In this document: piece after piece, positions 55,826 through 64,000 of the stretch
Layout of the letters: each line of letters begins with the position of its first letter
How positions within the stretch are numbered: the stretch's first letter is position 1
Source of the DNA: the human T2T-CHM13v2.0 reference genome, Homo sapiens
Length of the DNA stretch: 64,000 bases
Assembly (NCBI RefSeq): GCF_009914755.1
Contig: NC_060948.1
Reading direction: 5' to 3' (one strand)
Position numbers and translations under genes: made by a program
Notes under the pieces: generated by a model
What the model was told of the DNA's origin: nothing
Databases searched by the model: none
What the model saw: only the letters and a program-made list of their open reading frames with translations

Positions 55826-57927
55826 AGATCCATATTTTTTAAATGAAAAAAAATTTCAAAGGTACTCTGCTTGGTACAATAATCAAATGTATAAACTGAG
55901 GAATAAAACATAACCATGAAACCTACTTATAACTGCATATGGAAAATACAGAGGATAATTTTTTAAATAACATAGTTTGAAAGCCTTAACTAGTAATTTG
56001 AAGAGTTGGCATTTGAAAGGCCAGTATGAATATACCTTCAAAGCAGCAACACAGGTTCCCCATGAGAAAAAGCAAACACAGGGAAAATAAAAACACAAAG
56101 GTTCAATCTCTTCTGACCTTTGAAAGACACAGCACAGACAGTGGTCCTTAGGACGAAGAGCAGGAGACCCCTAATTCCGTCACCATGGCGATAGGGCATA
56201 AACATTGCTGGGTGAGGGCACAATCCACATTGTGAGGTCCAACTGCTGCCAGGAAGACAGGAGTGCTTTTACATAGACCGAAAGGTCATTGAAGGCTCAG
56301 AGTTTTGTTTCAAGAACTGAATCCCAAGCCCACACGTTATTAGGCTGCGTTTCTTAAAACAAGTTATGAGATGGGAAAAAGGGCACCCACAAACATACGT
56401 ATACATTATGTATATAATAATATACAGTGTCATATATATAATATATATAACCTATGTATAATATTGTTTTACATCCTGCATCTTATGTTATATATATTGT
56501 ATAAAATATAATAATTGATAATATATAACTTTTATAATTATACAATATGACATATAGTATATATTATAATTTATGACATATATAATATATGTTATATATC
56601 ATATACAGAATATACTATACGGTTAATATACGTATTAAATATAAATTATACATTATATATATTATATATAATATATCTGTTATATATAATACCCATTATG
56701 CATAATATATATATTATGTCTATGTTATATATAGTATAAAACAACATATAATAATATATAATTGTATATATAAATGCGACATATAATATATATTATATTT
56801 TATGACATATGTAATATATATTATATATTATATATAATACGTTGTATGTATAATACCTATATTAAATATATATTATATGACTATGTTATTAATTACATGT
56901 CACATGTGTTATATATTATATATTTTACATAGAATATACCGGTTACATACAATATATACCATGTTACCTATAATGTATAATTTATTACATGTAAAATAAA
57001 GAATGCAATATATTATGTATAATTTATAATATACAATATGTGGAATGTGATATATATAACATATAATATATGATATATGATATACAGTATATGATATATA
57101 ACATACAATATATGATTCCTAATATATATGGTATACAATATATATTTTATGATATGTATTCTGTATGTTTTATATTCTGTTATATATAACTATTTGAAAT
57201 TATATATAACTGTATAATATTTTATGTAAATATGTAATATAATATATATAACTATATAATATATTATATATAACTATATATTATGTTATATATACTTTTA
57301 TAACATAATTTACATAAAATATCATAATATAATATATATTATATTCTTTCATATTACATAATATATATTACATATCACCCAATATAACTAACATACATAA
57401 TATTATAATATAGATTATATTATGTTATATTAAATATCATATATATCATGTATCATATATTCTATAATATATATTACACATTATATAATATGTATGTTGT
57501 CTATTATGTGATATATATAACTATATATAATTATATTTTTATACATATAACTAGATAAACATGTAATTCTACATATTTTCATTTATAATATGTAGAAGTA
57601 TATAATCATATATAATTATTTATATTCTATAAAAAATTTTATCATTATATAAATTATAATATATAAAAATTATAATATGTACTACAAATATATATATTAT
57701 CTATCATATATGATATAGTACCTTTGTTATATATCATAATACATATAAATGTGTATTATGTTATCTATAATTATATAATTTCATATATAAGATGTATAAT
57801 ATGTATCATATATTATATATGTTATGTAATATATATAGTATATATAAGATGACACAGGATAAATATTACATTCTATGACATATAAAATATATGAGGTTAT
57901 ATGTTACATATAAGGCATAGCACATAA

Positions 57928-58242
<315 letters not shown>

Positions 58243-60344
58243 AGATCCATATTTTTTAAATGAAAAAAAATTTCAAAGGTACTCTGCTTGGTACAATAAT
58301 CAAATGTATAAACTGAGGAATAAAACATAACCATGAAACCTACTTATAACTGCATATGGAAAATACAGAGGATAATTTTTTAAATAACATAGTTTGAAAG
58401 CCTTAACTAGTAATTTGAAGAGTTGGCATTTGAAAGGCCAGTATGAATATACCTTCAAAGCAGCAACACAGGTTCCCCATGAGAAAAAGCAAACACAGGG
58501 AAAATAAAAACACAAAGGTTCAATCTCTTCTGACCTTTGAAAGACACAGCACAGACAGTGGTCCTTAGGACGAAGAGCAGGAGACCCCTAATTCCGTCAC
58601 CATGGCGATAGGGCATAAACATTGCTGGGTGAGGGCACAATCCACATTGTGAGGTCCAACTGCTGCCAGGAAGACAGGAGTGCTTTTACATAGACCGAAA
58701 GGTCATTGAAGGCTCAGAGTTTTGTTTCAAGAACTGAATCCCAAGCCCACACGTTATTAGGCTGCGTTTCTTAAAACAAGTTATGAGATGGGAAAAAGGG
58801 CACCCACAAACATACGTATACATTATGTATATAATAATATACAGTGTCATATATATAATATATATAACCTATGTATAATATTGTTTTACATCCTGCATCT
58901 TATGTTATATATATTGTATAAAATATAATAATTGATAATATATCTTTTATAATTATACAATATGACATATAGTATATATTATAATTTATGACATATATAA
59001 TATATGTTATATATCATATACAGAATATACTATACGGTTAATATACGTATTAAATATAAATTATACATTATATATATTATATATAATATATCTGTTATAT
59101 ATAATACCCGTTATGCATAATATATATATTATGTCTATGTTATATATAGTATAAAACAACATATAATAATATATAATTGTATATATAAATGCGACATATA
59201 ATATATATTATATTTTATGACATATGTAATATATATTATATATTATATATAATACGTTGTATGTATAATACCTATATTAAATATATATTATATGACTATG
59301 TTATTAATTACATGTCACATGTGTTATATATTATATATTTTACATAGAATATACCGGTTACATACAATATATACCATGTTACCTATAATGTATAATTTAT
59401 TACATGTAAAATAAAGAATGCAATATATTATGTATAATTTATAATATACAATATGTGGAATGTGATATGTATAACATATAATATATGATATATGATATAC
59501 AGTATATGATATATAACATACAATATATGATTCCTAATATATATGGTATACAATATATATTTTATGATATGTATTCTATATGTTTTATATTCTGTTATAT
59601 ATAACTATATGAAATTATATATAACTGTATAATATTTTATGTAAATATATAATATAATATATATAACTATATAATATATTATATATAACTATATATTATG
59701 TTATATATACTTTTATAACATAATTTACATAAAATATCATAATATAATATATATTATATTATTTCATATTACATAATATATATTACATATCACCCAATAT
59801 AACTAACATACATAATATTATAATATAGATTATATTATGTTATATTAAATATCATATATATCATGTATCATATATTCTATAATATATATTACACATTATA
59901 TAATATGTATGTTGTCTATTATGTGATATATATAACTATATATATAATTATATTTTTATACATATAACTAGATAAACATGTAATTCTACATATTTTCATT
60001 TATAATATGTAGAAGTATATAATCATATATAATTATTTATATTCTATAAAAAATTTTATCATTATCTAAATTATAATATATAAAAATTATAATATGTACT
60101 ACAAATATATATATTATATATCATATATGATATAGTACCTTTGTTATATATCATAATACATATAAATGTGTATTATGTTATCTATAATTATATAATTTCA
60201 TATATAAGATGTATAATATGTATCATATATTATATATGTTATGTAATATATATAGTATATATCAGATGACACAGGATAAATATTACATTCTATGACATAT
60301 AAAATATATGAGGTTATATGTTACATATAAGTCATAGCACATAA

Positions 60345-60659
<315 letters not shown>

Positions 60660-62762
60660 AGATCCATATTTTTTAAATGAAAAAAAATTTCAAAGGTACT
60701 CTGCTTGGTACAATAATCAAATGTATAAACTGAGGAATAAAACATAACCATGAAACCTACTTATAACTGCATATGGAAAATACAGAGGATAATTTTTTAA
60801 ATAACATATTTTGAAAGCCTTAACTAGTAATTTGAAGAGTTGGCATTTGAAAGGCCAGTATGAATATACCTTCAATGCAGCAACACAGGTTCCCCATGAG
60901 AAAAAGCAAACACAGGGAAAATAAAAACACAAAGGTTCAATCTCTTCTGACCTTTGAAAGACACAGCACAGACAGTGGTCCTTAGGACGAAGAGCAGGAG
61001 ACCCCTAATTCCGTCACCATGGCGATAGTGCATAAACATTGCTGGGTGAGGGCACAATCCACATTGTGAGGTCCAACTGCTGCCAGGAAGACAGGAGTGC
61101 TTTCACATAGACCGAAAGGTCATTGAAGGCTCAGAGTTTTGTTTCAAGAACTGAATCCCAAGCCCACACGTTATTAGGCTGCGCTTCTTAAAACAAGTTA
61201 TGAGATGGGAAAAAGGGCACCCACAAACATACGTATACATTATGTATATAATAATATACAGTGTCATATATATAATATATATAACCTATGTATAATATTG
61301 TTTTACATCCTGCATCTTATGTTATATATATTGTATAAAATATAATAATTGATAATATATAAGATTTATAATTATACAATATGACATAATATATATTATA
61401 ATTTATGACATATATAATATATGTTATATATCATATACAGAATATATTATACGGTTAATATACGTATTAAATATAAATTATACATTATATATATTATATA
61501 TAATATATCTGTTATATATAATACCCGTTATGCATAATATATATATTATGTCTATGTTATATATAGTATAAAACAACATATAATAATATATAATTGTATA
61601 TATAAAATGCGACATATAATATATATTATATTTTATAACATATGTAATATATATTATATATTATATATAATACGTTGTATGTATAATACCTATATTAAAT
61701 ATATATTATATGACTATGTTGTTAATTACATGTCACATGTGTTATATATTATATATTTTACATAGAATATACCGGTTACATACAATATATACCATGTTAC
61801 CTATAATGTATAATTTATTACATGTAAAATAAAGAATGCAATATATTATGTATAATTTATAATATACAATATGTGGAATGTGATATATATAACATATAAT
61901 ATATGATATATGATATACAGTATATGATATATAACATACAATATATGATTCCTAATATATATGGTATACAATATATATTTTATGATATGTATTCTGTATG
62001 TTTTATATTCTGTTATATATAACTATTTGAAATTATATATAACTGTATAATATTTTATGTAAATATGTAATATAATATATATAACTATGTAATATATTAT
62101 ATATAACTATATATTATGTTATATATACTTTTATAACATAATTTACATAAAATATCATAATATAATATATATTATATTATTTCATATTACATAATATATA
62201 TTACATATCACCCAATATAATTAACATACATAATATTATAATATAGATTATATTATGTTATATTAAATATCATATATATCATGTATCATATATTCTATAA
62301 TATATATTACACATTATATAATATGTATGTTGTCTATTATGTGATATATATAACTATATATATAATTATATTTTTATACATATAACTAGATAAACATGTA
62401 ATTCTACATATTTTCATTTATAATATGTAGAAGTATATAATCATATATAATTATTTATATTCTATAAAAAATTTTATCATTATCTAAATTATAATATATA
62501 AAAATTATAATATGTACTACAAATATATATATTATATATCATATATGATATAGTACCTTTGTTATATATCATAATACATATAAATGTGTATTATGTTATC
62601 TATAATTATATAATTTCATATATAAGATGTATAATATGTATCATATATTATATATGTTATGTAATATATATAGTATATATAAGATGACACAGGATAAATA
62701 TTACATTCTATGACATATAAAATATATGAGGTTATATGTTACATATAAGGCATAGCACATAA

Positions 62763-63077
<315 letters not shown>

Positions 63078-64000
63078 AGATCCATATTTTTTAAATGAAA
63101 AAAAATTTCAAAGGTACTCTGCTTGGTACAATAATCAAATGTATAAACTGAGGAATAAAACATAACCATGAAACCTACTTATAACTGCATATGGAAAATA
63201 CAGAGGATAATTTTTTAAATAACATATTTTGAAAGCCTTAACTAGTAATTTGAAGAGTTGGCATTTGAAAGGCCAGTATGAATATACCTTCAATGCAGCA
63301 ACACAGGTTCCCCATGAGAAAAAGCAAACACAGGGAAAATAAAAACACAAAGGTTCAATCTCTTCTGACCTTTGAAAGACACAGCACAGACAGTGGTACT
63401 TAGGACGAAGAGCAGGAGACCCCTAATTCCGTCACCATGGCGATAGTGCATAAACATTGCTGGGTGAGGGCACAATCCACATTGTGAGGTCCAACTGCTG
63501 CCAGGAAGACAGGAGTGCTTTCACATAGACCGAAAGGTCATTGAAGGCTCAGAGTTTTGTTTCAAGAACTGAATCCCAAGCCCACACGTTATTAGGCTGC
63601 GCTTCTTAAAACAAGTTATGAGATGGGAAAAAGGGCACCCACAAACATACGTATACATTATGTATATAATAATATACAGTGTCATATATATAATATATAT
63701 AACCTATGTATAATATTGTTTTACATCCTGCATCTTATGTTATATATATTGTATAAAATATAATAATTGATAATATATAAGTTTTATAATTATACAATAT
63801 GACATATAGTATATATTATAATTTATGACATATATAATATATGTTATATATCATATACAGAATATATTATACGGTTAATATACGTATTAAATATAAATTA
63901 TACATTATATATATTATATATAATATATCTGTTATATATAATACCCGTTATGCATAATATATATATTATGTCTATGTTATATATAGTATAAAACAACATA

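Overview
The whole 64 kb is one head-to-tail tandem array of a ~2.42-kb primate satellite unit (about 26.5 copies, all in the same orientation). Each unit has three parts: a diverged minus-strand Alu (~290 bp, with an internal 16-bp duplication), a ~570-bp mixed-sequence segment (HSATI-type), and a ~1.55-kb extremely AT-rich (TA)n-like domain. This architecture and a predicted ~2.14-kb HaeIII fragment match human HSat1B/DYZ2, most likely Yq12 heterochromatin, although acrocentric HSat1B arrays cannot be excluded. I find no credible protein-coding or RNA genes, and the listed ORFs are repeat artefacts. I see no evidence for a new gene system. The noteworthy signal is the array's internal history: two unit subtypes with a staggered transition, a homogeneous 2420-bp block, shared-variant tracts at 1-, 2-, 3-, 4- and 5-unit offsets, one unit lacking the Alu duplication, and a cryptic 7-bp periodicity in the AT-rich domain. 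Units are numbered 1-27 by their Alu/HSATI part. All variant calls were made by eye.
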